Source: Diplonema japonicum (Eukaryota; Protista; Euglenozoa: Diplonemea). Taken from it: a stretch of 64,000 nucleotides of DNA. The stretch spans positions 310,001 to 374,000 of the forward strand of contig OZ025656.1 in assembly GCA_964019335.1 (NCBI GenBank), in the 5' to 3' direction. Of this stretch, positions 1-12,100 are shown in pieces; within the stretch, counting starts at the first letter, position 1, and every line of letters begins with the position of its first letter. The notes below the pieces were generated by a model. The model was not told where the DNA came from, ran no database searches, and saw only the letters and a program-made list of their open reading frames with translations. A program made the position numbers and the translations under genes.

Positions 1-975
1 CAACATCAACATCAACACCAACATCATCAACACCACCAACAAGCCCTCGGGAAACAACAGCCTTTCCCCCAACATCAGCATCAACATCAACACTACCAAC
101 ATCAACAAGCCCTCGGGAAACAACAATCTTTCCCCCAACATCAGCATCAACACCAACAAGCCCTCGTGCAACAACAGCCTTTCTCCCAACATCAGCACGA
201 TAGGCAACTTTTATTCCAACCAGAACGGTCACCGTCCAAAAGGATACTCTCCCCGCAAGACAGGATGAAAGCAGCAGCTTTGGGTACTAAGAAAGCTGAT
301 AAACTCTTCCAGCAGATACAATCCTCGGTGAATCAGTTGCAAGGCGCGGGCACAGGCATGACAAAGTTGAAGTCCTTTCAAGCTAGTTTTCCTGCTGCGG
401 CACAACCGTCGCTTGTCCCACCCACTAACTTTAACTATCAAGGTTCGCCGTCGCTGCAAGGGGAAGGGAGGGACAATAAGGGACAAGCTGTGCAGGTGAA
501 CGCGCATGCGATGCTTGGCAACCCGCATGCGCAAATGCAGAACACGCATGACCGAGTGTCAAAGTGGCAGGGAGGGGACCAGCTCTTGCCGCCGTTGGAA
601 GTGGGCGGGCATCCTGCAAAGGATGGGAAGGTGCCGCCACCGAGTGGCTTTGGGACAGGACCAGCACAGGAGAAGAAGAAGATTGCGAAAGTGATGACTG
701 CAATGAAGACAAGCATGATAGGGCTAGGCCTACGAGGCTTCAACGGGCAAGGAACGGAAACCTCTGAAAGGGGAACACCGGCAATGCGAGCGACACCCGT
801 CTTGAAAAAAGACCACGGGCAACGAGGGGGCAACCAGATGGACCACCTCAGTGTTTTGCGTCGAAACGTAAGAGGAAAGCTTGCCAGCGCCAAAATGAAC
901 CGTTTCAACAACGTCCTCAAGGAGGTCAAGCACGCGAGCAACCAGAACCTCCACATATCTCTTCCTCCTCTGTAA
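1..975 (+). CDS. 3' part of a low-complexity Gln/His-rich hypothetical protein (starts before the window)
   Basis: Frame 1 is open from base 1 (QHQHQH...QQALGKQQPFPQH repeats) into the 166..975 ORF, ending at TAA. Confidence 0.7.
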   Translation, partial: QHQHQHQHHQHHQQALGKQQPFPQHQHQHQHYQHQQALGKQQSFPQHQHQHQQALVQQQPFSQHQHDRQLLFQPERSPSKRILSPQDRMKAAALGTKKADKLFQQIQSSVNQLQGAGTGMTKLKSFQASFPAAAQPSLVPPTNFNYQGSPSLQGEGRDNKGQAVQVNAHAMLGNPHAQMQNTHDRVSKWQGGDQLLPPLEVGGHPAKDGKVPPPSGFGTGPAQEKKKIAKVMTAMKTSMIGLGLRGFNGQGTETSERGTPAMRATPVLKKDHGQRGGNQMDHLSVLRRNVRGKLASAKMNRFNNVLKEVKHASNQNLHISLPPL

Positions 976-1233
976 TACCCCTCCTTTAGTTTACACTAAA
1001 GGATTCCCTCCCTCCCCAGCATGGGAGGGTCATTGCCGACGTGCTGTCTGCGTCCCCCGGGTTTCGAGGCGCACTCAAGGCATTGTCTTGCTTTGGTTGT
1101 ATTTTTTTTTTTCTTTCTCGCTCTTGTTATCACGCATATTACCCCTCTTTTTCATTTTCAATGTTTTCATGTACTTCCCGAAAAATATTTCAAAAAGGTA
1201 AAAAAAAAAAAAAAAAAAAAAAAAGAAATAGTA

Positions 1234-2745
1234 ATGGGTGCAAAGTATAAAAATCTGTGCAGCGCTGCGTATTACGGAGATCTGAAGTTGATGAAGAAGC
1301 TTGTGGAGGGTGAAGAGGAAGACGAGGAGGAAGACCCGGAAAAGAAAGGCGACCGCTGGAGAGAACGGGTGAACGAGGCTGGATACGTGACCACGTGCAA
1401 AGGCATCAAAGAGAGGGACTTCGGGTTTGGGTTCGACGTGATCGCCTCGGACGACAATGTTTTCAAATATTGCTTCAAACCGTCGGCGAAAAGCAGTGAA
1501 AAAGCAAGCCCTCTGCACTGGGCGGTCCTTGGAGATGAAATAGACGCAGTGTGGTATCTGCTCCGAAAAGGCGCTGCAACTCGAGTCACATGTACACCTT
1601 TCGATGCATCTCCTCGAGACGTTGCAAATTACAATAAAACAATTTGTGTTTTTCAATCCCAAGAAGCTGAGTTGCTGCTGCAGACCGAGGCCGTTGCAGC
1701 TCAGCTGGACGCCGACCTAGCAGCAGCGGTGTGGGAAATCCATGAGATCAACGGGAGATCAGACCTTTTCTTTCCCCCGAACAAGATGGACCCCCCTTCA
1801 AGGAAGGAGCGTCCACCGCGTGAAACAAATCCTTATTCGTCCATCCGCTTCATATCCCAAGAAGCTGTCAACCAACTCGTTCCCTACACAGGGCCGGGGT
1901 TGGATCCTGTGAGGGAGTTATTGTCGAAACTCCCCATTACGCTCGGTGAAATGTCCCTTTTGAGTTTGAAATCTAGGAAGTTGTACGAGGACGTCCCTTT
2001 GAACAAAGTGCAACTCCTCTGTTTCATGTTGTTAACAACAGACTCCAATTCCTTAAAAGAACTTTTCGATGGAGAAGAGTCCGACAGGGACTTCCCGGAT
2101 CTATTCTGCACAGTACAAACACCACCACCGCCGCCTGGCGACGACGATCCCGCAGGAGCCGCTCCATCGCAGAACTGGTTGGGTATTGAAACGGCTGTGG
2201 AGAAAAGCAGCAAAGCTGTGCCGGGTGAGTTGTATCTACACATAAAAGACATTGAGGAAGGTGGTCCGGGAGAGGAAATAAAGAAATGGGAGGTAGGTCA
2301 TACAAGCGTGTTTGAAAGAATACTCGGGGTGAGGAAGAACAAACCCGAAGAAGCCACCGACGGCCTCCTCATCATCATGACGGACGTTGCCAAAGCTCTT
2401 GACGCATCGCAGTTCTCGGCCTTCCCTGATGAAGGAACTGTCTTCCTTCCCGCCCTGACCAAGTTCGACGTCACGTCAGTTTCAGCACCTCCCGCCGACG
2501 CTGAAACCCCATCACCACACATCGTCACCTTGTCGCTCAAGGCAGGCACTGTGGGGGTCGCTGCACCCCTTGACCTTGCTTCGTGCAATCATACTCTTAT
2601 GTTGATCCAACGATGGCAGGAGAAGCTTGTTAAATTAAGGGAACTCAAGAAAGAAAGAGAGCTGCTGGAAAAGCCGCCGATTGAAGAAAAACTCGAAGGG
2701 GCACACTCAGGGAGCTCCGACGAGCATGAGACCGAGACGCTGTGA
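1234..2745 (+). CDS. Ankyrin-repeat protein with a degenerate ADP-ribosyltransferase-like C-terminal domain
   Basis: ATG follows a poly(A) run. Ankyrin motif SPLHWAVLGDEIDAVWYLLRKGA. C-terminal SQFSAFPDEGTVFLPALTKFDV resembles the ART 'S.FP.E.EVL..P.T.F.V' segment. Confidence 0.7.
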   Translation: MGAKYKNLCSAAYYGDLKLMKKLVEGEEEDEEEDPEKKGDRWRERVNEAGYVTTCKGIKERDFGFGFDVIASDDNVFKYCFKPSAKSSEKASPLHWAVLGDEIDAVWYLLRKGAATRVTCTPFDASPRDVANYNKTICVFQSQEAELLLQTEAVAAQLDADLAAAVWEIHEINGRSDLFFPPNKMDPPSRKERPPRETNPYSSIRFISQEAVNQLVPYTGPGLDPVRELLSKLPITLGEMSLLSLKSRKLYEDVPLNKVQLLCFMLLTTDSNSLKELFDGEESDRDFPDLFCTVQTPPPPPGDDDPAGAAPSQNWLGIETAVEKSSKAVPGELYLHIKDIEEGGPGEEIKKWEVGHTSVFERILGVRKNKPEEATDGLLIIMTDVAKALDASQFSAFPDEGTVFLPALTKFDVTSVSAPPADAETPSPHIVTLSLKAGTVGVAAPLDLASCNHTLMLIQRWQEKLVKLRELKKERELLEKPPIEEKLEGAHSGSSDEHETETL

Positions 2746-2812
2746 ATAGTCTTCTTATTATTAGATACACCACCTCACCTCACCCTCACCCTCACCACAG
2801 GGACTCAGCAAG

Positions 2813-4327
2813 ATGACGTCGTACGGTACAATGCCGTCCGACGGGAGGTCACCATTGCCGGAAGGGGTTCTGTGGTGGTCGGACCACCCGCCGTTGAACA
2901 CTGCGGGAAGCCCCGGAGGTGGGTTGTTTCATACTAAGGGCAGAATGCGACCCGGCGACCACAAAGAGAAGCTAAGATGGCTGATGCTCTTCCTTCTCTC
3001 CTACGGGAGCGCCATGAACCAGGCGGTGTGTTTCAGCTTCGCGCCCTTCGCGTCGATCGCAGCTGTGCGGTACGGAGAAGGCGTGGTGGCGGAGAGCGAG
3101 GTTATCTACTTCCTTGTGTACATCCCCATGTCGTTTATAGGGTCTTACGCTGTTGACAGGTATGGCCTGCGAACTGCTATGATAGGGGCGTGTCTTTTCC
3201 AGACCCTGGGGACGTGGGTGCGGTGGACTGCATTCTATTTTGGAAGTGGTGAGCGGATGGTGATCTTCCTTGGGCAGTGCATTGCTTCTATTGGAATGTG
3301 CATTTTCGTGAACTCCCCTCCGCGCCTCTCCACTGCTTGGTTCCCCGCCTCGGAACGTACGCTGTCCACCAACATCGCTGTCAACGCGAACGCAGCCGGT
3401 GCGGCGATGGCTTACTTCCTTGGCCCGTTTGTTGTTGAGACAATAGATGATTTCCCTTTTTACAACTTAGTTCTCGCAATGTCGTGCACGTTGTGCCTTG
3501 TCCTTGTGGTGCTGTTGTTCAGATCCCACCCTGACTGGCACACACCTGACATCGTTGATGAGTACGACTGGTCACAGTGGACGTCTGTCTTCAAGAAGAA
3601 AGGCTTCGTGACAACGCTTGCCGTCTTCGCCGTCTCAGAGTGCGTCATCAACACGATGTCCACGTTGCTTGCAAAATTGGTGCGACCGAACGGGTTCTCA
3701 AGAAGCGAGGCGGGGTACCTTGGTGCGGAGTTCCTCATCGTGTGCATGCTTGGGGGTGTCATATTCGGGAGCTTCCCACACAAGTGGAGCCTTCACACGA
3801 ACCTCGCGAAGTGCATGCTGGCATGCAGCGTTTCAATGTTTGTTTTGAAGCTAATGCTAACACACCCTCGAGGTGAGCCCAGCCTGCAAATTGGCGTCTC
3901 CGTTTTTTTCGCAGGATTTTTCCTCGGTCCACTCCAGGCAACGTGCAACGAACTCGGTGTAGAATGTGCCTTCCCCGTGTCGGAGAATACGGTCGCTGCT
4001 TTGCAACAATTGGTGGGGAACTTGGTCAGTGCATTATTTATACCATTCATCTCTTACATGCACGAAGCGCATAGGGCTAGAACGGGCCCCTTAGGCATAA
4101 CTGGGCACGTTGAAAGCTGGTACTACTGGTGGACAATGCCTGAGATTGTCATTTCCATTATGTTGCTTGGGGCCTCTTACTTGCTCTTCACGTACAGGGG
4201 TGCCTATAGAAGGCTCACTATGGAGTTCGAGGTTCAAAGTTGGTGCGATTCAGAAAGTGGGGGAACCTTTGACCCAGAAGAGCAGCGGCTCATAGACGTG
4301 GACAGGAATAGGGGGGTGGAGAAATAG
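2813..4327 (+). CDS. Major facilitator superfamily transporter, FLVCR/SLC49-like
   Basis: About 12 hydrophobic segments; motifs DRYGLR, GQCIASIG, WFPASERT, ELGVECAFPVSE. Confidence 0.85.
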   Translation: MTSYGTMPSDGRSPLPEGVLWWSDHPPLNTAGSPGGGLFHTKGRMRPGDHKEKLRWLMLFLLSYGSAMNQAVCFSFAPFASIAAVRYGEGVVAESEVIYFLVYIPMSFIGSYAVDRYGLRTAMIGACLFQTLGTWVRWTAFYFGSGERMVIFLGQCIASIGMCIFVNSPPRLSTAWFPASERTLSTNIAVNANAAGAAMAYFLGPFVVETIDDFPFYNLVLAMSCTLCLVLVVLLFRSHPDWHTPDIVDEYDWSQWTSVFKKKGFVTTLAVFAVSECVINTMSTLLAKLVRPNGFSRSEAGYLGAEFLIVCMLGGVIFGSFPHKWSLHTNLAKCMLACSVSMFVLKLMLTHPRGEPSLQIGVSVFFAGFFLGPLQATCNELGVECAFPVSENTVAALQQLVGNLVSALFIPFISYMHEAHRARTGPLGITGHVESWYYWWTMPEIVISIMLLGASYLLFTYRGAYRRLTMEFEVQSWCDSESGGTFDPEEQRLIDVDRNRGVEK

Positions 4328-4645
4328 GTTAGTCAAAAGTCTCCTTAGAAAACACGAAAGGGGGAGGGATGTAAAAAAAGTAGAAATTATTGGGGGGGGT
4401 GAGAGACATTTTTTATTTTTACCCCTTTATTATTATTCTTCTCTTCTAAAGAAAGAAAGAAAGAAACTACGACAAAATCATCAAAAGAAAAAAAAAAGAA
4501 AAAGAAAAAAAAAGGGAAAGACAGTAGGGGAAAAAAAAAGAGCTTCTCCCTTTAGTAAATTTTTGTTCTTTTTTTTTCCCCCCACCTATATTTCTCGTAT
4601 TCAAAAAAAAAAAAAAAAAAAGAGGAGAGCAGGGTGGCCCCTAAA

Positions 4646-5674
4646 ATGAAAAAACCGTTCAATCACGGTGAATGGACAACTGTGTTCGAAGAAGTGGGTG
4701 AGACAGACATCGACGCACACACCACAGAAGGGGTGAATGTGAGGATAAAAGACTGGGCGAAGGGGGAGAAGCTGTGGTGCAGGGGCTGCGGACCCGACAT
4801 CGAGCAGGATTTCAACAACGGCGTGCTGGCCCTGCGGAGGAAGGCAAACGTGCGGTTTTTTTTAGACATCCTGCCATGGGTCTTCTACGCATCAACAGGA
4901 GTTCTTGAGAAGCAACTAACCACCATCACATTCAACATAGGCGTTGACCAAGTCATGTCGCCCTTAAACCACGGACGATATTTCTCCATTAATTCCACCG
5001 AAGAGAACTGGAGCACCGCACGACAAACCTGTTCAGAACGAAAATTCATGAACGAAACAGGGAAACTAACGACGGTTCAAACCCTGCAGAACGAACAGTT
5101 TCTGTTATCTATCTTAAACAACACAGAAACATGGACAGCCGGTAGGGTAACAGACACTAAGGTACGTTGGGCGCCTGCTTCAGATGACGACATAACACCT
5201 TTTACGAGTTTTGCGTGGGAACGGGTGCACAACTCGGTGAAGGATAATCCCAATGGGGAGTTTGCAGTCTCTCTTCCTCACTGGTCTGCACGCAGTTTGA
5301 CGGCAGCAAAATTAGCATTCGTGTGTGAATGGGCTTTGTCTCCTGATGACGGATACTTTTCTCTTAATCAAAGTCTTGCACTGAACACGACAATGCGGAA
5401 TTGTTCATTTCTCTCTGAACCGCTGTGTGGTGCCACCTCAGAATGCGCTTGGATAAGTGACGCTTGTTCGGCGGGGTATGCACTTTATGAGGGTCCTACG
5501 TTGATCTTCACGGTGTGCTTTGCATTGCCGCCTTTTGCAGTTTTTTTCTTTTTGGTATCAGTGTGGAAGCGGGCTAGAATCGATACCGAGCGTGAGGAAC
5601 CGTTGGACGCACCGCAGGAAGAAATGTCAGAAATCGCCGAGACGGATACCCAGGTTGTCACTGTAGCTATGTGA
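4646..5674 (+). CDS. Membrane protein with a C-type-lectin-like domain
   Basis: NWSTARQTC...GKLTTV...WTAG...AFVCEW pattern and a C-terminal TM helix. Start uncertain (no signal peptide; an upstream exon is possible). Confidence 0.6.
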   Translation: MKKPFNHGEWTTVFEEVGETDIDAHTTEGVNVRIKDWAKGEKLWCRGCGPDIEQDFNNGVLALRRKANVRFFLDILPWVFYASTGVLEKQLTTITFNIGVDQVMSPLNHGRYFSINSTEENWSTARQTCSERKFMNETGKLTTVQTLQNEQFLLSILNNTETWTAGRVTDTKVRWAPASDDDITPFTSFAWERVHNSVKDNPNGEFAVSLPHWSARSLTAAKLAFVCEWALSPDDGYFSLNQSLALNTTMRNCSFLSEPLCGATSECAWISDACSAGYALYEGPTLIFTVCFALPPFAVFFFLVSVWKRARIDTEREEPLDAPQEEMSEIAETDTQVVTVAM

Positions 5675-6075
5675 TGTGGATCCTATGTAGGGAAGGAGGG
5701 GGGGGAATAATAATAATAAATTAAGTAAGCTGAGTTGTGTTCGCCGTCGTGTTCTCACATTTCCCCCCCCCCCCCCCCCCTTCTCTCCTTGATTTTTACC
5801 TCGATCTTGTAGACTGCCTCTTATGAGGAGTTGTATGAAAAAAAAAAAAAAAAGGATTGAAAAAATCTTTTTTTTTTAAATGTATGAGTTACAGGAAGTC
5901 TTTGTGAGACGCCCCCCTTGTTCTCATTTTTACTACCTCTATACCCTTTCATAGAAAGGGGGCGGGGGGAAAAGAAAAAAAAGAACAAGAAAAAGGAAAA
6001 GGGGGGGGGGACGGAAAAAAAAAAGGAAAATGGAAAAAAGGCGCCTCTCACTTCTTTTTTATTTATTATCTTCCC

Positions 6076-6119
<44 letters not shown>

Positions 6120-6206
6120 GCCTCTCATTTCTTTTTTTTTCCTTTTTTTTTTCAACACCCCAAAAAAAAAAACACAAAAAAAAAAAAAAAAAGTGGGGAG
6201 AAAATA

Positions 6207-7388
6207 ATGGTAGTCAGGGCAAGACAACGACGAAGGCGGAATATCTATGAAGATCTAAGGTTATGCGAGATATTATCACCGTGCAGAAAAGGTTTCTGGC
6301 CATCTTTTGGGGAGGAAGAGGAAGAAGAAGAAACGTGCGACGAGGAGTTAAAAACGCCGCTTCGGGTAAGGCAGCGAAACCGCGCCTTCACATACTGCAC
6401 CCACGACACTTTCACAAACGACCCCACGGTTCCAAAATCTAAACGAAGACCACTACCAGCGCAATTGTCCACACGTGTAGCCTGCCCTGCACTTGACAAG
6501 CGAGCACACGCCAGATTAGCACGCGACGCAACTGAGTACCATAACTTACTCCGGCAGGTGACATCGAAACCGTTTAAAAGGAAAAACAATGATTTATGTG
6601 TTCAAAAATGGTGGGCGGAAGGGGTGTTTCAAGGAACCGTCAAAGGAGGTATCCGACAGCATCCTGTTCATGAAAAAAACCTGAAGAAAACGGAGAACCC
6701 GACAACAAAAAGCTACAAAACCTCCCAGAAGCGAGCGACGTACTCTGAACCCCTGATACCGCTGCCACCGAGGGATAATCCGGCAGATTTCATCCTGCCA
6801 TCGGTGAGACTTTCCACTTTGGGGAGCAAAGAGTTCAGGATGCTGGAGGCGCAGTTTTTGATGAAGACAGACGGCAGGCATTACATCATGATCGATCAAT
6901 TTAAAAAAGGCGATCTCATTTTGGGAGGCCGTGCCGTCACATTATCAATGATCGAGAGCTCACTGCAGTTCCATACTTTTGCTGGGTATGTTACTGTGTT
7001 TGATGTGCTTTGTGTCTTGCTTCCGATGGTGCAGCCGCATCTGATTCAAGAGGTGTTTGCGGCGTGTTCAGTTTTTCATTCTACAACGGCGGTGGGGAAG
7101 CGATTCCCGCCGCACATTGTGGAGGAGATAGAGGCTATTTTTAAGAAGCTAGATGTGTTCAACCGTGGGTATCTCACCCCGGATGTGCTTGTCCCCTGTG
7201 TCACCGACATCACCGCCCTCGAGATCGCGTCCTTCATAACCGACTCGCAGCGTGCCGTACCGCTGGCACGTGCTCCCTCCCGGAGCTCCCTCACGATACT
7301 TCCGTTCCCTTCGTTTGCGGAGCTTATTAAACATGCCTATCGGCCTTGTTTCAACCCGTCTACGCTGCGCCATGTTCGAAAGGAGTGA
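6207..7388 (+). CDS. Hypothetical protein with an EF-hand-like motif near the C-terminus
   Basis: 393 aa ORF; EIEAIFKKLDVFNRGYLT is EF-hand-like. Confidence 0.65.
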   Translation: MVVRARQRRRRNIYEDLRLCEILSPCRKGFWPSFGEEEEEEETCDEELKTPLRVRQRNRAFTYCTHDTFTNDPTVPKSKRRPLPAQLSTRVACPALDKRAHARLARDATEYHNLLRQVTSKPFKRKNNDLCVQKWWAEGVFQGTVKGGIRQHPVHEKNLKKTENPTTKSYKTSQKRATYSEPLIPLPPRDNPADFILPSVRLSTLGSKEFRMLEAQFLMKTDGRHYIMIDQFKKGDLILGGRAVTLSMIESSLQFHTFAGYVTVFDVLCVLLPMVQPHLIQEVFAACSVFHSTTAVGKRFPPHIVEEIEAIFKKLDVFNRGYLTPDVLVPCVTDITALEIASFITDSQRAVPLARAPSRSSLTILPFPSFAELIKHAYRPCFNPSTLRHVRKE

Positions 7389-7548
7389 TTTGCCTGATAT
7401 GATATATATATTTTTCTCACCCCCCCCCCCCCCCCTCAATTCGTTTGTGTGTGCAGGTGATTAACATTGCCTTATCGATTTTTTTGTTTTTTTTTAAAAA
7501 AGAAATGGGAAAATACGTTCAAAAGCCCTCAAAAAAAAAAAAAAGAAA

Positions 7549-7917
7549 ATGATGATGCGTGCTGTTATGATCTTCGCCATGCTGGCTGTTGCCTCCGCTG
7601 TGACCCTCACCCCTGAGAACTTCGACTCCGAGATCAAGGGGAAGAACGCCATCGTGAAGTTCTTCGCCCCGTGGTGCGGCCACTGCAAGAGGATGGCCCC
7701 CGCTTGGGAGCAGCTTGAGGGTGACTACAAGGACCACGAGAAGGTTGTTGTTGGTGACGTTGACTGCACCCAGCACCGTGACCTCTGCTCCCGTTTCGGC
7801 ATCCGTGGCTTCCCCACTCTTAAGGCCTTCAAGGCCGGCACCGACGAGCCCGAGGACTACAAGAGCGGCCGCTCGTACGATGACCTCAAGAAGTACATTA
7901 CTGAGAACCTTCAGTAG
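7549..7917 (+). CDS. Single-domain PDI-like thioredoxin with signal peptide (copy 1)
   Basis: Hydrophobic leader, KFFAPWCGHCK, GFPTLK; strong codon bias. Confidence 0.93.
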   Translation: MMMRAVMIFAMLAVASAVTLTPENFDSEIKGKNAIVKFFAPWCGHCKRMAPAWEQLEGDYKDHEKVVVGDVDCTQHRDLCSRFGIRGFPTLKAFKAGTDEPEDYKSGRSYDDLKKYITENLQ

Positions 7918-7939
7918 AAGTAAATTAATTTTTTAGTGG

Positions 7940-7971
<32 letters not shown>

Positions 7972-8168
7972 GTCCTCTCCCGTTTATAATGCCCCACACT
8001 TTACCCCAATTTTCTTTTTTATTTCTTTATTTTGACTCTTGTGCTCGCTCAAACTTGGGTTACAGAGTTTAATTTTTTTCCCCCCCCTAATTTTCTGTAA
8101 AACGCGTTTTTTTTTAATTTTAAATTACACAGCCTGTTTTTAACACACAAAAAAAAACCTCTATAAAA

Positions 8169-8540
8169 ATGATGATGCGTGTTGTTATGATCTTCGCCAT
8201 GCTGGCTGTTGCCTCCGCTGTGACCCTCACTCCTGAGAACTTCGACTCCGAGATTCTTGGTGGAAAGAACGCTCTTGTGAAGTTCTTCGCCCCGTGGTGC
8301 GGCCACTGCAAGAGGATGGCCCCCGCTTGGGAGCAGCTTGAGGGTGACTACAAGGACCACGAGAAGGTTGCCATTGGTGACGTTGACTGCACCCAGCACC
8401 GTGACCTCTGCTCCCGTTTCGGCATCCGTGGCTTCCCCACCCTTAAGGTGTTCAAGGCCGGTGCTGACGAGCCCGAGGACTACAAGAGCGGCCGCTCGTA
8501 CGACGACCTCAAGAAGTACGTCTCTGAGAACCTTCAGTAG
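8169..8540 (+). CDS. Single-domain PDI-like thioredoxin with signal peptide (tandem copy 2)
   Basis: Near-identical to 7549..7917; WCGHC. Confidence 0.93.
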   Translation: MMMRVVMIFAMLAVASAVTLTPENFDSEILGGKNALVKFFAPWCGHCKRMAPAWEQLEGDYKDHEKVAIGDVDCTQHRDLCSRFGIRGFPTLKVFKAGADEPEDYKSGRSYDDLKKYVSENLQ

Positions 8541-9139
8541 AAAGAGAGAGAGAAAAAAAAAAAATGCATGCTCCAGTTTTAAAAAAAAAAATAAGAAATT
8601 TTATCCCCTCCCCATCCCCCACCTTTTATAATAAAAAGAAGAAAGTGTGCCCATCCTTTAATATAGGGGTCTGTGGCACACGCAAAGTACGCAAAAGAGA
8701 AAAAAAAAGATTTTGAAAAAAAAAAAAAAAGTGTTTTTGTAACCCCCTCTTTTATTCCCTTTCATTTTCTTGACACTGACGTTCTCAAAGGTAGATGGAA
8801 AAGGGGGGACAGGGAAAAGAAAAGAAAAAGAAGAAGAAAAAAAAAAGGAGAACCCTTTTTTTTCCCTTTCTTCTTCCTCTTTTTTCTTCTTTTCCCCGTT
8901 TCTATTTTGCCAGAGATCGAATGGGTATTTAAAAAAAAAAAAAAAAAGAAATGAGATGTGGAGATGCAAGAGCAGAAAACAATTAATTAATAGTCCCCGG
9001 CCCCCGCCCGCTCCCCCACCTTTATTGATTCCCTCTCCACCATTTTTTTTTTTTTTTTGCCTTTATTGACGTTTCCCCTTTTTTATATTATTTTTCACAC
9101 CTTGCTGTAAGGGTCAACCCACACCGCTGAAGGTCGGAG

Positions 9140-12100
9140 ATGCTTACTACGCTTTTTGTGGCATCCATGGGGGTGCTGAATACCAGCAGCCCGCCGCTAG
9201 TGCACACCGCAGAGGGGTGGGTTCAAGGGAGCTACGTTGCCGGTGTCGAAGTTGAAGTTTTCTTCGGGGTACCATTTGCCGAGCCGCCGTTAGGTAACCT
9301 CAGATTCAAGCCGCCACAAAGACACCACAACTGGTCAAATGTGCTGCCAACACAAGAGTACAAAAACGACTGCATTCAGGACATGGAAGGCTACTACAAG
9401 GACCCTGTTTGGGGTTCGGAGGACTGCCTGTACCTCAACGTCTATGCCCCTAAGGGTGCCCACACCGGAGGAAAAGAATACCCTGTCATGGTCTTCATCC
9501 CAGGTGGGGGGTACTGGTGGGAGTCGGCGGGTGTTAACGACTGCCCGCAGTGCCCCGTCGGCCGTGGTCTCATCGAGCTGATGAACGATGTCATTGTAGT
9601 AGCGGTGCCCTACAGGGTCGGTGCTCTTGGCTTCCTTGGCGGCGAGACGCTGCGTGCACGCGGGGGCGACGGCAGCACTGGCAACTGGGGCATCCTTGAC
9701 CAGCGTGCTGGCCTCGAATGGGTTCAACGCAACATCCACCACTTTGGCGGCGACCCCAAGCAGGTCACCTTGTGGGGTCAATCTTCCGGTGCCGCCTCCG
9801 TCGGCATCCACATGACCTCTGCCGGCTCGCAGGGCCTCTTCCACAAGGTCATCATGCAGTCCGGCTCCTTCCCGTCATGGACAGCCTTCAACACCGATGC
9901 TTCCAACCGCGGCTACGACTGGTTGGTTCTTAACTCTGGCTGCAAGGAAAAACTCGACATCATCGAGTGCCTGGAGAATCTCACACCTGCTGAGATCATC
10001 GCAGCACAGCGGCCCCCTTCCTCTGCTTGGCAGCCTGGTGAGCCGAAACCCGCGGATGACCCGAACTGCGACCCTGCCTACTGCTGGTGGCATGTCCCGT
10101 GCAGGTATGGCAGCCCGTACATGCCGCAGATCGACGGTGTGGTGATGACAGACTACCCTACCAACCTGTTGGACAAGGGACAGTTCTCACAGGTACCTGT
10201 GCTGCATGGGAAGACAAGGGACGACGGGAGGTGCTTCACCGATGAGACGACGACACTGGAGCCGATGGTGGACGAGCAGGGGCTGTGGGACTGGGCCGAC
10301 TTCACGTACCAGAATCCCGATGGGTCGCTTCTGCCGGAGCTGAAGAAACTGTACCCGCCGTCTGCCTTCGCAGAGAGGGCGAAGCACACTCAGGACTACA
10401 GCGAGGCGTACTTCGCAGGGACAGAGATGTCGTCAGACTTCAACGAACAGTGCCCCGCAGCAAGGGCGTCGCGCAAGATCGTAGCATGGGGCGTGCCTGT
10501 CTACGAGTACGTCTTCACCTACGACAACTTCTATGACAAGCCCTTCTGTGACCACTCCGCTGATCTTGCATACACGTTTTACTACACCCCGTACTTCCGG
10601 GACACACCCAAGCCAGAGGAGGCGGAAACCATGGCCACTGTCATGAGCCAGATGTGGGTCAACTTTGCGAAGCACAGCAACCCTAATGGAGAGAACCTTC
10701 CTCAGTGGGACCAGTTCGTCCCTGCTAGGGAGACCATCTTGGAGGTGTGTGGTTTTTTTTTATACGGGTCGATTTCAAAAAACCCCCCCCAAAATGAGGC
10801 CAATTGACACTTTCGTTGCATCTTTGGGCATGCCGCCCCCTTTAAAAAAAATTCTCCATATTTCACGGCCCATATTAGGAAAGAACCCGGGTCAGAAATC
10901 GCTCAAGGGTGCTATTTTGACCTATGAAAAATGCAGTATTAGGGAAAAATCGGGTTTTAGTGGTTTTGGTAAAATCAGAGAGTATGCTTTCAATAGCTAG
11001 AAATAGCGGAACTCACTGCTAGAAGGTGGCTGAAATGATGTTGGAAGTGGAAACCTTCATTTCCTAGTCTTCTGCGGCTGAGATGTGCTGCTGCTGAGTG
11101 GGCGACCTCGTTTCTTTTTCATACTATAGGCCTTCTACCGCAGTTTGGGGGGGTTTTAAGACTCATTCGTAGGTGTACTTGGTGCTTTGGGCTTGTCATG
11201 GCGAGTATTTTTGTAATTTGGTTACTATTCTTTCTCGTTTTTCAAGTCCGGGAAGGCTATCAGGAACGTCCTCATACTCATCACAAGATTCATAGACTGG
11301 GGGCCTTTTCTCTGCCCTGTCTGCAGCGAGTTCTTTGATGATGTACTTTAGTTCTTTCTAGTTCGTGGACGCGCACGTAGCAAAACACCCTCCGGTGTGC
11401 TCCTGAGCTCATATGCACCTGTAAAATCCGGAAACTCAAGAATTTTCTTTTATGCACGGCGCACCGTATCGTATTGGTGATGTTAGCTATTTCTTCCACA
11501 GTTTTAATTGTTGTGGAACGAGGCACCCAAAGCCAAACACGAGAGAGCACACCAAAGTGGCTGTCCCTGTTGTTTTTGCCGTGTTTCTCCCCCAGAAACC
11601 ACAGGGAAAACGTCCGATCGGGATATACATAACGAAGACCAAAAAGAACAAAGTAGCAAAATTCCTTTGCACGAAAGTGACGCCCACCGTCAGTCCAGAG
11701 TATCCACTCCATTTTTTTCTTTATTTTTTCCTGTGCCCATGCTACTGTGGAACAAGACTTTTCCAACAGTAAGGCCAGCTGCCCTTATTTCATCATGTGT
11801 GATGTGGTCAAGCCTCATGCCTCTGACCAATTGGCGCCGTGTGGTGTCTTGTTGGCTACTAAATCAACCAGAAAATGATAGCAGAAGTGCCGCTAGAAGT
11901 TCCCTTTTACACACCACTTCACAAACTAGTGCAGCACAGTCGTTGCCACTGAGCTTCTCAAAAACCTCTGTGGCGAGTGTCCTGATCGCCGTGGTGTTCC
12001 CATTTACCCTTTCTCGGTCCGAATACCATTTTTTTTTACCCCTAGCTTCTCAACAGCAAGTTTAAAAGCATCCATTTTTGTCACCCCCTCTTTTACTGAA

